This document shows, in pieces, positions 8,985 through 17,973 of a stretch of 64,000 nucleotides of DNA. Made by a program: the position numbers and the translations under genes. The stretch is from Pyrinomonadaceae bacterium (lineage in GTDB: Bacteria > Acidobacteriota > Blastocatellia > Pyrinomonadales > Pyrinomonadaceae), in assembly GCA_046313635.1 (NCBI GenBank), contig JBKBYA010000001.1:32001-96000 (forward strand). The letters run 5' to 3'. Position 1 is the first letter of the stretch. Every line of letters begins with the position of its first letter. The notes beneath the pieces are model-generated. The model was not told the origin of the DNA. It did not search any database and saw only the letters and a program-made list of their open reading frames with translations.

Positions 8985-10508
8985 CTACTGCTCAAACCGC
9001 CGCCATTCTGCTTCGTAGTACCGCACCAGAGCCTGGTTGTCGAGACGGTTGATCTCGATCTCGTCTGCGGGCCGCGAGGTGTCGTTGGTAAATCCGAACA
9101 TCGAGGCGAACGAGTTGTCGTTGAGGAATTTGAGTTCGATGCCTGTCGGTGGTTTGGTCGGCGGCTCAAACGGCTCGAGCTTGGCGAGCGAGTAGCCCCA
9201 GATGCCGAAGGACGGGACGGCCGTTTGATACGGTCGGACAAAATAGCCTGACGCCTCGAGCGTCTTGACGACGCACCAGAACGATCGCCGCGCGACGAGC
9301 GGTGACGTCGTCTGGATCGCAACGGCCGAACCGGGCTTGAGCTTTTGCTTGAGCAGATTGTAAAAGCGCGTCGTATAGAGCTTGCCGAGGGCGAAATTGT
9401 TCGGGTCGGGAAAGTCGACGATCGCGATGTCGAATGGCTCCGACGCGGTCTGGTCGAGCCAGACAAACGCATCTGCATTCACGACGTGGACGCGCGGGTC
9501 GTCGAGCGAATGGCGGTTAAGCTCGCCGAGTGCGGGGACGTGCTTTGCGATACTCGTCATTTCGGGGTCGAGATCGACAAGCTGAACGAATTCGACCGAC
9601 GGGTACTTGAGTATCTCGCGCACCGCGAGGCCGTCGCCGCCGCCGAGCACGAGCACGCGTCTTGGCGAGCCGTCGAAAGCTGAAAACGCGGGATGAACGA
9701 GTGCCTCGTGATAGCGATACTCGTCAAACGAGTTGAACTGCAGATTGCCGTTGAGAAAGAGCGCGTAGCCTGTCTTGCCCTTGGTGACAACGATGCGCTG
9801 GTAGGACGAGCTCTTTGCGTAAATGATGTCGTCCATAAAGAGCGCGTCCTCGGCGAGCGTGGTCAGTTTGTCAGCTTTGATGAAAGCGATCGCGAGCAGG
9901 ACGAGGACGACCGCGCCCTGGACGCGCATTATCGTCACGTTGCGCTTGAGCAGCGGCAGCAGGAGCCACGTTCCCCACAGCGCGACGGCGGCGTTGAGCA
10001 TCCCGAAAAGAAGTGAAGTGCGGTTGAGTCCGAGACGCGGGACGAGAAACAGCGGAAACAGCAGCGACGCGGCGAGCGCGCCGATGTAGTCAAAGGCGAG
10101 CACGCGCGAGACGAGATCTTTGAAGTCGAGCTCGTCCTTTAGTATCCGCATCAGCAGCGGTATCTCGAGACCGACGAGCGTGCCGATGATAAAGACGACG
10201 CCGTACAGCACAACGGCGAAGTACGACAGATTTGCGAAAGAGAGAAATAGCAGCGGCGCCGAGAATCCGCCGATCACCGCGACCGCAAGCTCGACGTCGA
10301 TGAACTTGTCGGCGACATGCTTCTCAATGAATCGCGAAGCCCAAGAACCGACGCCCATCGCAAAAAGATAGATGCCGATGATCAGTGAGAATTGCGTGAC
10401 CGAATCGCCGAGCACGTAGCTCGACAGCGTGCCCGCAAGCAGCTCGTAGATAAGCCCGCAGGTCGCGATGACAAAGACGTTGAGGAATAGGAGCGGAGCA
10501 CGCTTCAT
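8985..10508 (-). CDS. speE: Membrane-anchored polyamine aminopropyltransferase (spermidine synthase family)
   Basis: N-terminal TM region, then DEYRYHEALVHP, VLVLGGGDGL, VDLDPEM, DFPDP, KLYTTRFY. Confidence 0.9.
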   Translation of the reverse strand: MKRAPLLFLNVFVIATCGLIYELLAGTLSSYVLGDSVTQFSLIIGIYLFAMGVGSWASRFIEKHVADKFIDVELAVAVIGGFSAPLLFLSFANLSYFAVVLYGVVFIIGTLVGLEIPLLMRILKDELDFKDLVSRVLAFDYIGALAASLLFPLFLVPRLGLNRTSLLFGMLNAAVALWGTWLLLPLLKRNVTIMRVQGAVVLVLLAIAFIKADKLTTLAEDALFMDDIIYAKSSSYQRIVVTKGKTGYALFLNGNLQFNSFDEYRYHEALVHPAFSAFDGSPRRVLVLGGGDGLAVREILKYPSVEFVQLVDLDPEMTSIAKHVPALGELNRHSLDDPRVHVVNADAFVWLDQTASEPFDIAIVDFPDPNNFALGKLYTTRFYNLLKQKLKPGSAVAIQTTSPLVARRSFWCVVKTLEASGYFVRPYQTAVPSFGIWGYSLAKLEPFEPPTKPPTGIELKFLNDNSFASMFGFTNDTSRPADEIEINRLDNQALVRYYEAEWRRFEQ

Positions 10509-10538
10509 TGGAACGGACGACGTTTGGAGTATGAACTA

Positions 10539-10606
10539 TGAGGTGGGAACTGTGAGTGATGAAGCACGAAATGTTTCATCACTCATCACTCACAGTTCAC
10601 ACCTCA
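10539..10606. repeat. Inverted heptamer-derived repeat (23/24-bp stem)
   Basis: TGAGGTGGGAACTGTGAGTGATGA (10539-10562) pairs with TCATCACTCACAGTTCACACCTCA (10583-10606). Confidence 0.85.
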
Positions 10607-10615
10607 CCACTCAGC

Positions 10616-10879
10616 TCATCCGTTGATCGCGGCGGCGATGATGATCGAGATACCGATGATCAGTGCGCCGATGATGATCGCGAAGGCTTGATTATGGTCT
10701 TCTTCGATCTCCTTTTTTACCGAGAAAGGGGTCACGAGCACGACGATCAGAAAGGCGACGGCAAAGACGATGAGACCGATCACGACAAAAACGATCGTCG
10801 TCACCATCACCGGCAAGATCTCTTCAAGTTTGACGACGAGGCCGAGCAGCGGCGCGATAGCAGCAGCGAGATTGAGCAT
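10616..10879 (-). CDS. DUF350-like small membrane protein
   Basis: TPFSVKKEIEEDHNQAFAIIIGALIIGISIIIAAAING. GGAGG RBS and TGATG overlap with the upstream peptide. The longer track ORF (to 11119) runs into repeat DNA. Confidence 0.85.
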   Translation of the reverse strand: MLNLAAAIAPLLGLVVKLEEILPVMVTTIVFVVIGLIVFAVAFLIVVLVTPFSVKKEIEEDHNQAFAIIIGALIIGISIIIAAAING

Positions 10880-11028
10880 CATTTTCCTCCGCGAAAACCT
10901 GTGTAGATAAAGGGCACCCCGAGCCGCGAGCGGCTGCCCGAGTTTGCCAGTTCCCAGCCAAACCACGACGCCGTCGCATAGAAGACGAGAACGCCGATGG
11001 CGAAGATCATGTAGAGGGCTTTGAGCAT
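10879..11028 (-). CDS. 49-aa single-TM peptide ending GFRGGK (below the ORF-track cutoff)
   Basis: Manual translation MLKALYMIFAIGVLVFYATASWFGWELANSGSRSRLGVPFIYTGFRGGK*. Its stop overlaps the DUF350 start (TGATG). Confidence 0.8.
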   Translation of the reverse strand: MLKALYMIFAIGVLVFYATASWFGWELANSGSRSRLGVPFIYTGFRGGK

Positions 11029-11042
11029 ATGGGTCGTGGTGA

Positions 11043-11206
11043 TTGGTCTTTGGTCTTTGGTCTTTTGTTTTTGGTTCTTTGTTTTTGGTTTTTGGTTTTT
11101 GGTTTTTGGTCCCGGTCACTAGCGGCGGGCTAGCATGACAGCAGCCGATAAAGACAAAGAACTAAAAACAAAAAAACCAAAAACTAAAGACCAAAAACAA
11201 AAAACC
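11043..11206. repeat. Inverted TTTTGGT/ACCAAAA heptamer arrays
   Basis: T-rich 7-mer array at about 11043-11110 and complementary A-rich array at about 11150-11206. Confidence 0.9.
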
Positions 11207-11212
11207 GAATCC

Positions 11213-13162
11213 TCACTCGTCCGAATCGTCGCCGCCCGACGTCGTCGTCGTGAACATACTGTCCTTCCATCGCCGGTGCTCGAATGACCACTTTCTGATC
11301 AACCCTAGAAACGGAACGATGAGCAGCAGCACGAGCGCCGCGACAAAGTTTACGCCGCGATTATAGCCCTGCTCGACCTTGACCGAGACGGGCATCGGCT
11401 GCTGCCAGTTTTGCCACGTGCCCTCGATCGTCAGTGTGTACCTGCCGGCGGGCAGCGACGAGAGCGACGCGTCCTGGCTCGGGCCGCCCTCTGACCACGC
11501 TTCGCCGTCCTCTGTGCCGCTGTAATATTCGATCGGAATGTCGATCGACTCGACCGCCTCACTACGCTCGTTGACGAGGTCGACATCGAGGTCGGCCCAC
11601 GAGTTGCTGACCGGTGCCGAAGCGGTTATGCGAATGTTTCGATTTGCCTTTAGATCAAAAGGCTCGCTGTACGAGATCTGCGCCGCCTGAGCGTTGGGCA
11701 TCGGCTGCAGAACGATCGTTTTGTCGTAGACGACGGCAGTCGCGCCGGTCAGCGGCAGCATAAAGATCGCGACGACAAACAGCGCGGCGAGCGGCAACAG
11801 CGCCCACGTGTACCAGAATTGTCCCGTGAAGGGCTGATTCGGAGCGACGCCCCACGGCCGCGGCAGGCCCGTCACGCCGAACGCTCTTTCTATCTCCTCG
11901 TTCGAAACGTATGTGCCGAGCGACCAGTTGACCTCGCTGCCGGTCGCCTCGCGCGAGAGCATCTGCGGCGGCAAGACAAAGTCGGTCGCCCGCACGGTCT
12001 CGCCCTGCTCGACGCGCCAGTAAAATTCGCCCTTGACGTATTCGACGACGGCGTTGGCGTCTTGAAAGATCTTGAATGAGCGCCCGTCATACTTTGCCAT
12101 GCTGCCCGTAATGAACGCGTCCGGCACCTCGACCTCTGCCGGATTGATCGGCTCAACAAAATTCCAGTGGTTGTCGGAATGCACGAGCCAGCGAAAGCCG
12201 ATCATCGGGTTGTAGAGCAGGTACTCGTGCCAGAAATACTTTTCGCCGTCGATCGTCACGCTGCGCACGACCGCGCCGATGATCTTGTATCTATTGCCGT
12301 CGATCATCGTGCCCTCGGCGCCGATCGGAGCGACAAAGACAGGCTGGCCCGCGGGCGGCGCGAGCGTCTTGAAGAATTTGAGATTTCCCTCGTTGACGTC
12401 GAGCAGCGAGTCGCAGTTTGGGCACGTAACGCGTTCGGTCCTGTCCGGCGCCGTCAGCTCGAGCGGGCCTCCGCAATTAGGGCAGCCCATCGCCGCGGAC
12501 GATACGCTGCGTGCCTCGCGCTTGACCGGCCGTGCGTCGCCGAGCCCGATCTCCTCGAGCGTGACCTGCTTGCCTGAGAAGACCCACGGCGGATCAAAAC
12601 TGTAATCGATCGTCGCAAACGCATTGTCGCGGCCGGCGAGATCGGCGAACTGCACCTGCTCATTCGGGACGAGCTTGTATGGGATCTCGCCGTCAGCTGC
12701 AGCGTACGTCGCCGTGCCTTTCTCCTGCACCATCAGCGGCGACGGCGAAGGGATCTGCGGCAGCGTCGCGCCCGGCTGCAGCGCGTCGAATGTCGGCAGC
12801 ACCGTGCCCTGCGGCAGCGGCTGAAAGAAGGTCAGATAAAACCGGCCCTGCGCCTCGGCGAGCCAGCCGACCCAGCCGTTTGAGAATGTCGCGTACCACT
12901 CGTCCCAAACGCCGCCCATCGAGTGCCGCAGCTGAGCGCGGCCGGTGAGCTCAAAACGGACGTTGTTCCAGACGCCTTTTAACCCGAGCCGCAGCGGCGA
13001 TTCTGAATCGGCGACTTCGGCGACCTTGCCGAGGTCTTCGAGACCGCGGTCGGTGCGTGCAACGGCCGAGCGGCAGTACGGGCAGACAACGACGACGGTC
13101 GATCCGCCCTGAAACTCGATCGGCGCCGCGCACGACGGGCAGTTTGAACGGAGAATGCTCAA
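11213..13162 (-). CDS. DUF4178-domain protein with zinc ribbons and two TM segments
   Basis: CPSC..CPYC and CPNC..CPNC ribbons. Two repeated domains (WDEWY..GEIPY and WHEYLL..GEFYW). TM-periplasmic-TM C-terminus. Confidence 0.82.
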   Translation of the reverse strand: MSILRSNCPSCAAPIEFQGGSTVVVVCPYCRSAVARTDRGLEDLGKVAEVADSESPLRLGLKGVWNNVRFELTGRAQLRHSMGGVWDEWYATFSNGWVGWLAEAQGRFYLTFFQPLPQGTVLPTFDALQPGATLPQIPSPSPLMVQEKGTATYAAADGEIPYKLVPNEQVQFADLAGRDNAFATIDYSFDPPWVFSGKQVTLEEIGLGDARPVKREARSVSSAAMGCPNCGGPLELTAPDRTERVTCPNCDSLLDVNEGNLKFFKTLAPPAGQPVFVAPIGAEGTMIDGNRYKIIGAVVRSVTIDGEKYFWHEYLLYNPMIGFRWLVHSDNHWNFVEPINPAEVEVPDAFITGSMAKYDGRSFKIFQDANAVVEYVKGEFYWRVEQGETVRATDFVLPPQMLSREATGSEVNWSLGTYVSNEEIERAFGVTGLPRPWGVAPNQPFTGQFWYTWALLPLAALFVVAIFMLPLTGATAVVYDKTIVLQPMPNAQAAQISYSEPFDLKANRNIRITASAPVSNSWADLDVDLVNERSEAVESIDIPIEYYSGTEDGEAWSEGGPSQDASLSSLPAGRYTLTIEGTWQNWQQPMPVSVKVEQGYNRGVNFVAALVLLLIVPFLGLIRKWSFEHRRWKDSMFTTTTSGGDDSDE

Positions 13163-13554
13163 GCCGCGTCACCTCCGGTTGAGGCGAATTTCGAGTGTCG
13201 AATTTCGAACGTCGACTCGCCGCGTTCGATCTTTGTGACGGCGACCGTCTCGGCTCCGAGCGCGTTTGTCAGCTCGGACCGCCAGTCCCATTCGGGCCGC
13301 GTGCGGCAGCAGTAGAGGTTGAATGTGGCGGTGCGATGTTCTGGATAGGTGTGACAGGCGAGGTGAGATTCGGTGAGAGCGATCAGCCCGGTCACGCCCG
13401 CCTCGCCGGGAAACCTGTGCCATACCTCGCCGACCGAGCGCAGCTCAAGATCGCGCATCACGCGCTCAAAGATCCCGCGCAGCAGATGCTCGTCGCGAAG
13501 CGCTTCCGGGTCGCAGCCCGAAGCCTCGATCAACCATTCCGTCCCGACGATCAT
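13159..13554 (-). CDS. speD: S-adenosylmethionine decarboxylase proenzyme family protein
   Basis: GVTGLIALTESHLACHTYPE contains the ES pyruvoyl self-cleavage site. First gene of the speE operon. Confidence 0.82.
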   Translation of the reverse strand: MIVGTEWLIEASGCDPEALRDEHLLRGIFERVMRDLELRSVGEVWHRFPGEAGVTGLIALTESHLACHTYPEHRTATFNLYCCRTRPEWDWRSELTNALGAETVAVTKIERGESTFEIRHSKFASTGGDAA

Positions 13555-13651
13555 CGACTCTCTGCTAGGAACAAAAAATGCCGGCCTTGCCGGGAAAACC
13601 TATGAACCCGAATTTTGCGGCGATACAATGAAAACTGGTGACTCGCGAAGT

Positions 13652-14587
13652 ATGTCGTACAGCAATATATCCAAGTTTGCCGCTTTTGTCATCGCGTTCG
13701 CGGCCGTCGCGTCGGGCTGCACGTCAAAGGCGCGCGGCTCGCATCCCGCCGTCGAGAATGCCGTCTATGCGGAGCCGCGTGTCGTCGGCCGCATCGCGAA
13801 TCCCGACATCATCGAGGCGAGCGGACTTGCGGCTTCAAAGTGTCAGCCGGGCGTCTTCTGGACGCACAACGACTCGGGCGACGGGCCGTACATTTACGCT
13901 CTCAACGAGCGCGGTGACAATCTCGGCACGTGGCGCGTGAGCGGCGCCAGGAATATCGACTGGGAGGACATCGCGACCTTCAAGGACGCCGCCGGCAAAT
14001 GCTACGTCTACACAGGCGACATCGGCGACAACAAATTGCAGCGCGAGACGCATACGATCTACCGCGTGCCCGAGCCCGCGGTGACGGCGGCCTCGGCCGG
14101 AACTACTGGCACGACCGCCGCACAGACGGAGCCCGCCGAAGCGCTCGAGTACACGTATCCCGACGGCGGTCAAAACGCCGAGACCATGCTCGTGCATCCG
14201 GTCACCGGCGATATTTATGTCCTTTCAAAAAGCCGCGACAAGCCGTCGGGCGTTTATAGGCTGCCGGCAGGCTTTGGCGGCAGCGGCGTGCGAGCGGCGA
14301 AGGTCGCCGAGCTGAAGGTGCCGGCGATCCCATTCGGCCTGCTTACGGGCGGCGACGTTGCGCCGGACGGGCGTTCGGTTGTCGTCTGCGACTACGCCGG
14401 TGGGTACGAGCTGCGGCTGCCGGAGGGCGACAAGATATTTGACGATATCTGGTCGCAGAAGCCCGTCGAGATCGACCTCGGCAAGCGCGACACGGGCGAG
14501 GCCGTCGCCTATTCGGCGGACGGCACGTCCATTTTGGCCACGACCGAGAATCAAAAGGCGCCGATCATAAAGCTGCAGCGAAAGTAG
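13652..14587 (+). CDS. Hypothetical lipoprotein, probable beta-propeller
   Basis: ASGC lipobox. EASGLAAS, WTHNDSGD, DWEDIA, NAETML, GEAVAYS repeats. Confidence 0.75.
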   Translation: MSYSNISKFAAFVIAFAAVASGCTSKARGSHPAVENAVYAEPRVVGRIANPDIIEASGLAASKCQPGVFWTHNDSGDGPYIYALNERGDNLGTWRVSGARNIDWEDIATFKDAAGKCYVYTGDIGDNKLQRETHTIYRVPEPAVTAASAGTTGTTAAQTEPAEALEYTYPDGGQNAETMLVHPVTGDIYVLSKSRDKPSGVYRLPAGFGGSGVRAAKVAELKVPAIPFGLLTGGDVAPDGRSVVVCDYAGGYELRLPEGDKIFDDIWSQKPVEIDLGKRDTGEAVAYSADGTSILATTENQKAPIIKLQRK

Positions 14588-14614
14588 ATCCGACTGCCCG
14601 ATCTGCCCAAAAAC

Positions 14615-14642
14615 AAAAAGCCCGGCGATAAGTGGCCGGGCT
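14615..14642 (-). terminator. Intrinsic terminator between convergent genes
   Basis: GCCCGGC...GCCGGGC stem with an A-tract on its left (U-tract on the minus strand). Confidence 0.65.
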
Positions 14643-14683
14643 AAACGTTTACATTTGCTCTCTCGGCGAGTGAGCGATCTGTA

Positions 14684-16312
14684 TCACTGCACTATCGAGA
14701 ATTTGTCCTTGTTCTCGATCACCTGGCCCGAGACCAGATCTCTTGTCACGATCTTGATCTCGTAGTCGCCGAGCGGCATCTGCTCGGTCGGCAGCAGTCG
14801 CGCAAGGACAAGCCGCTGGCCCGAATCGGACAGGCCGCTCCAGTCCTCTTTTTGTTTGAGCACTTCTTTGCCGCCCTTCAGCAGGATGTACTCGACGTCG
14901 ACGGCCGGCCGCAGCGTCGTCTGGTCGATGCCGGCATTGTAAACCTGCAGATAGACGCCGACCTCCTGACCTTTTTTGTAGACGCCGGTAAGATTCGGGA
15001 TGACCTTGGTGTTGCCGATGACGAACATCTGTCCGATGTCGCGCTCGTTGGTCGCGCGCAGCTTCGACGTCAGGATCATCGACGATGTCGACAGCTTCTT
15101 GTCGTCATAACGCGGGACGGTGAAGCCTAGATTGCGGATGCCGCGGTTGCCGGTCTCGACGTCGCGGACCACGACGTCCACCTTGTATGTCCCAGGCGTC
15201 AGCGCGATCGCCTTTTGATAGACAGATTTTTTATCCCGCAGCGAGGCCAGCTCTTCGGCGGTCGCGGTTGCGGTCACCGCATCTTCAAAGATCCCGGAAC
15301 GCTTGCCCGAGACGGCGGTGATCCGGCCAAAGACGTTCAGCGTAGCGGCCTGCAGACCGCCTGAGTCCTTGAACCGCAGCTCCTTGTTATCGGTCTGCAC
15401 CGTGAACGTCGCGATCACGCGATCGTCCGACTGGCGAAAGAAGTCGACCCGGACGTCAAAGTCGAGCGGATTGTTGTCGACGACCGGCGAGTCTGTCAGC
15501 GACGCCTGCAGGTCGCTGAACTTGACCTGCGGCGGACGGCTGAGCTCGGACTGGATGCGCAGACGCTCGAACGGCATATCCTGCGCCCGCATATAGTTTT
15601 GCGGGACGCGGCCCGCGACGCGGTCGGATTGATCGCCGATCCCGAGCTGCTCGGCGAGGGTCGGCCCGGCTCCGGGCACCATTCGCAGAGCGTCCTTTTC
15701 ATATGGATTGCGGGCCATGCGATATTCGCCGGTTCCCGACGGGTCGACAAACTCGATCTCGATGCCGTCGCCGACCCCGTCGAGGTGACGGTAGAACCAG
15801 ATCTCGAACGGATAGGTCGTCGTCTGGCCGCCGCCCTCATAAGACGGCCGGTCATACGATCCGCCGGTGGGATGCGACTCGATCGAGTCGGGCTTGCCCC
15901 AAGCTATGTAAACGCGGCCGCGATCGGTCTTCCATCCCGGGATGCCTGAGGTGAAACGCTCGTTGGCATACGCGATCCGCTCGTAATACTCCTCGCGGTA
16001 CTCGTTCTCTTCGGTATCCGGATTAGGGTCGCGGCGCCGCCAAAAGCTCTCGATGAAATTCTCCCGCTCCTCATCCGTTTGGAGAGACATAAATGCCTTT
16101 CTCTCTTCTTTGGTGATGATGTACGGAACGTCGTTGTTGATCCACTTTTTGTAGACCTCTTTGAGCTCGGGCTTGACGTTGCGGGGCTTGTCGCTGATGT
16201 CCTGCGACGGCGGAGGCGTCTTTTCGGCCTTTTGACCAAAAAGCGTTACCGAACATACTCCCGCGAGCAGGACCAACAATGCGGCGTTGCGAATATTCTT
16301 GACCGTTGACAT
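14684..16312 (-). CDS. GWxTD domain-containing secreted protein
   Basis: Signal peptide, KWINNDVPYII, FWRRRDPNP, IPGWKTDRGRVYI. Confidence 0.9.
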   Translation of the reverse strand: MSTVKNIRNAALLVLLAGVCSVTLFGQKAEKTPPPSQDISDKPRNVKPELKEVYKKWINNDVPYIITKEERKAFMSLQTDEERENFIESFWRRRDPNPDTEENEYREEYYERIAYANERFTSGIPGWKTDRGRVYIAWGKPDSIESHPTGGSYDRPSYEGGGQTTTYPFEIWFYRHLDGVGDGIEIEFVDPSGTGEYRMARNPYEKDALRMVPGAGPTLAEQLGIGDQSDRVAGRVPQNYMRAQDMPFERLRIQSELSRPPQVKFSDLQASLTDSPVVDNNPLDFDVRVDFFRQSDDRVIATFTVQTDNKELRFKDSGGLQAATLNVFGRITAVSGKRSGIFEDAVTATATAEELASLRDKKSVYQKAIALTPGTYKVDVVVRDVETGNRGIRNLGFTVPRYDDKKLSTSSMILTSKLRATNERDIGQMFVIGNTKVIPNLTGVYKKGQEVGVYLQVYNAGIDQTTLRPAVDVEYILLKGGKEVLKQKEDWSGLSDSGQRLVLARLLPTEQMPLGDYEIKIVTRDLVSGQVIENKDKFSIVQ

Positions 16313-16422
16313 ACGGAAAAACTCCTCTAAATCACAGACAGCATGGGAGGCTGGATGCGAATTCCAGATTTTAAGGCGCTGACGAGTAAACCTCAACCGT
16401 TCAAGATGCCTTTTCGCAAGGC

Positions 16423-17496
16423 TTAGGTTGCACTTTTAGCGGCCTCCTCGTCGGTCTGGCGGCGGCGTCCGAAGAACCACGCGATAAAGATCGACACGAC
16501 GTACAATCCCATCATCGGAGTTGCAAAGAGCATCATGTTTGGGATATCGCCCGTCGGCGAGACGACCGCGGCGACGATCAGGATCACGACGAGCGCGACC
16601 TTCCAGCTGCGGACCAGGAGTCCCGCGCTGACGAGCCCGATCCTCGCGAGCACGTACGTGATCGCCGGCATCTGAAAGATCACCCCCATCGCCAGCATGA
16701 TCAGCGTGATGAAATCAAAATAATCGGTGGCCCGCAGCAGCAGCTTAAAATCCGACCCGAGGCCGAGCAAATACCGCGCCGCGGGCGGAAACAAAATGTA
16801 GTACGCAAAGGCGGCTCCGCCGACGAACGAGATCGACGACAGCAAAATGAACGGCGTCACGTACGCCCGCTCGTGCCTGTAAAGCGCCGGCGAGATAAAT
16901 CCCCAAACCTGCAGCAGCAAGAAAGGCACCGACAGCGCGATCGCCGCATAAAGCGAGACGGTTGCGTAGAGGGTGAACGACTCAGGCACCGTCGTTATGA
17001 TCAACTGCTCCGACGCGGAATCGGCATTCCCCGGCAAGGCAGTGAAGTCGACCGGCAGTCTAACGCCGGCCGGGATCACCGCCGTCGTAGTAAAGATCGA
17101 CTCCAGAGTAAAAAGTCCGAGTGCTCCTTTTTGGTCGACGGCGACCGTCGCCAGTACCGATGTGCCCGGCGCGACCACCGCCGATCCGAGCGTTGTCGCA
17201 CGGTCAAATACGTAGCGCCCCTGATCGCCGGGCTTAAGACTCTCGAGCGGAATGATCTTTTCGTCACCGGTCAGTCCACTGATCGGCACCTCGCGGCGCT
17301 CGGCTTGGGTCAGCGCCTCGCGGATCGGGATCGAGAGAAAATCGTAGATCCGGTCGGACACGAACCAGCATGCCGCGAACGCGAGAATGACGAAGATCAC
17401 AGAGTTCACGAGCCGCCGTCGCAGCTCATCGAGGTGCTCGAGAAAGGACATCTGGGCGCCGGGCTCGTCCGGGCTGTTTCCCTTGATTCTCTTCAT
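16423..17496 (-). CDS. tatC: Twin-arginine translocase subunit TatC with an enlarged first periplasmic loop
   Basis: MSFLEHLDELRRRL, QVWGFISPALYRHE, FQMP, AAVVSPTGD. Confidence 0.93.
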   Translation of the reverse strand: MKRIKGNSPDEPGAQMSFLEHLDELRRRLVNSVIFVILAFAACWFVSDRIYDFLSIPIREALTQAERREVPISGLTGDEKIIPLESLKPGDQGRYVFDRATTLGSAVVAPGTSVLATVAVDQKGALGLFTLESIFTTTAVIPAGVRLPVDFTALPGNADSASEQLIITTVPESFTLYATVSLYAAIALSVPFLLLQVWGFISPALYRHERAYVTPFILLSSISFVGGAAFAYYILFPPAARYLLGLGSDFKLLLRATDYFDFITLIMLAMGVIFQMPAITYVLARIGLVSAGLLVRSWKVALVVILIVAAVVSPTGDIPNMMLFATPMMGLYVVSIFIAWFFGRRRQTDEEAAKSAT

Positions 17497-17511
17497 TCGT
17501 CAGCAGCGACG

Positions 17512-17940
17512 CTAGAGCCAGTTTCGCTTGTCGGCCGGGTCGACGGCCGGCGACTCTTCAGCAGATGTATGCGCCGAGGTCGAATCGGCATTCTTTAAAT
17601 TCGCGATCGATCCCGGATCGACGGGCGAGACCCGCGGAGGTTCTGGTACGGCGGCGGGAACTCCGGTGTCGGCGGCGGCCGATCTCGAGATCGACCTCTC
17701 GCCCCACTCATTCGGAACGGGAGCATCGAGATCGCGGAGAGCTTTGGTTTCGGCCTCAAAGTCCACCTCTCGTTCCCAGGTCTGCTTGAATTCCGTCGTC
17801 GCCGAACGAAGTTCGGCCATCATCTTGCCCATCTTTCGCGCCATCTCGGGCAGCCGCCGCGGGCCTAGGAAGATAAGCGCCACGATCCCGATGAGTATGA
17901 GCTCGGACGTGCCGATCGATTCGAAGATGAACAGGAACAT
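17512..17940 (-). CDS. tatB: Twin-arginine translocase TatA/TatB family subunit
   Basis: IGTSELILIGIVALIFLGPRRLPEMARKMG with a long C-terminal tail. Adjacent to tatC. Confidence 0.82.
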   Translation of the reverse strand: MFLFIFESIGTSELILIGIVALIFLGPRRLPEMARKMGKMMAELRSATTEFKQTWEREVDFEAETKALRDLDAPVPNEWGERSISRSAAADTGVPAAVPEPPRVSPVDPGSIANLKNADSTSAHTSAEESPAVDPADKRNWL

Positions 17941-17973
17941 TTTGGACTACCTCGCCTCGCCCGCCGCCCGTCG

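Noticed and set aside
10880..11119. N-terminal extension of the 10616..11119 track ORF (KNQKPKTK...)
   Set aside because: It is a translation of the heptamer repeat tract. The real genes are the 49-aa peptide and DUF350.
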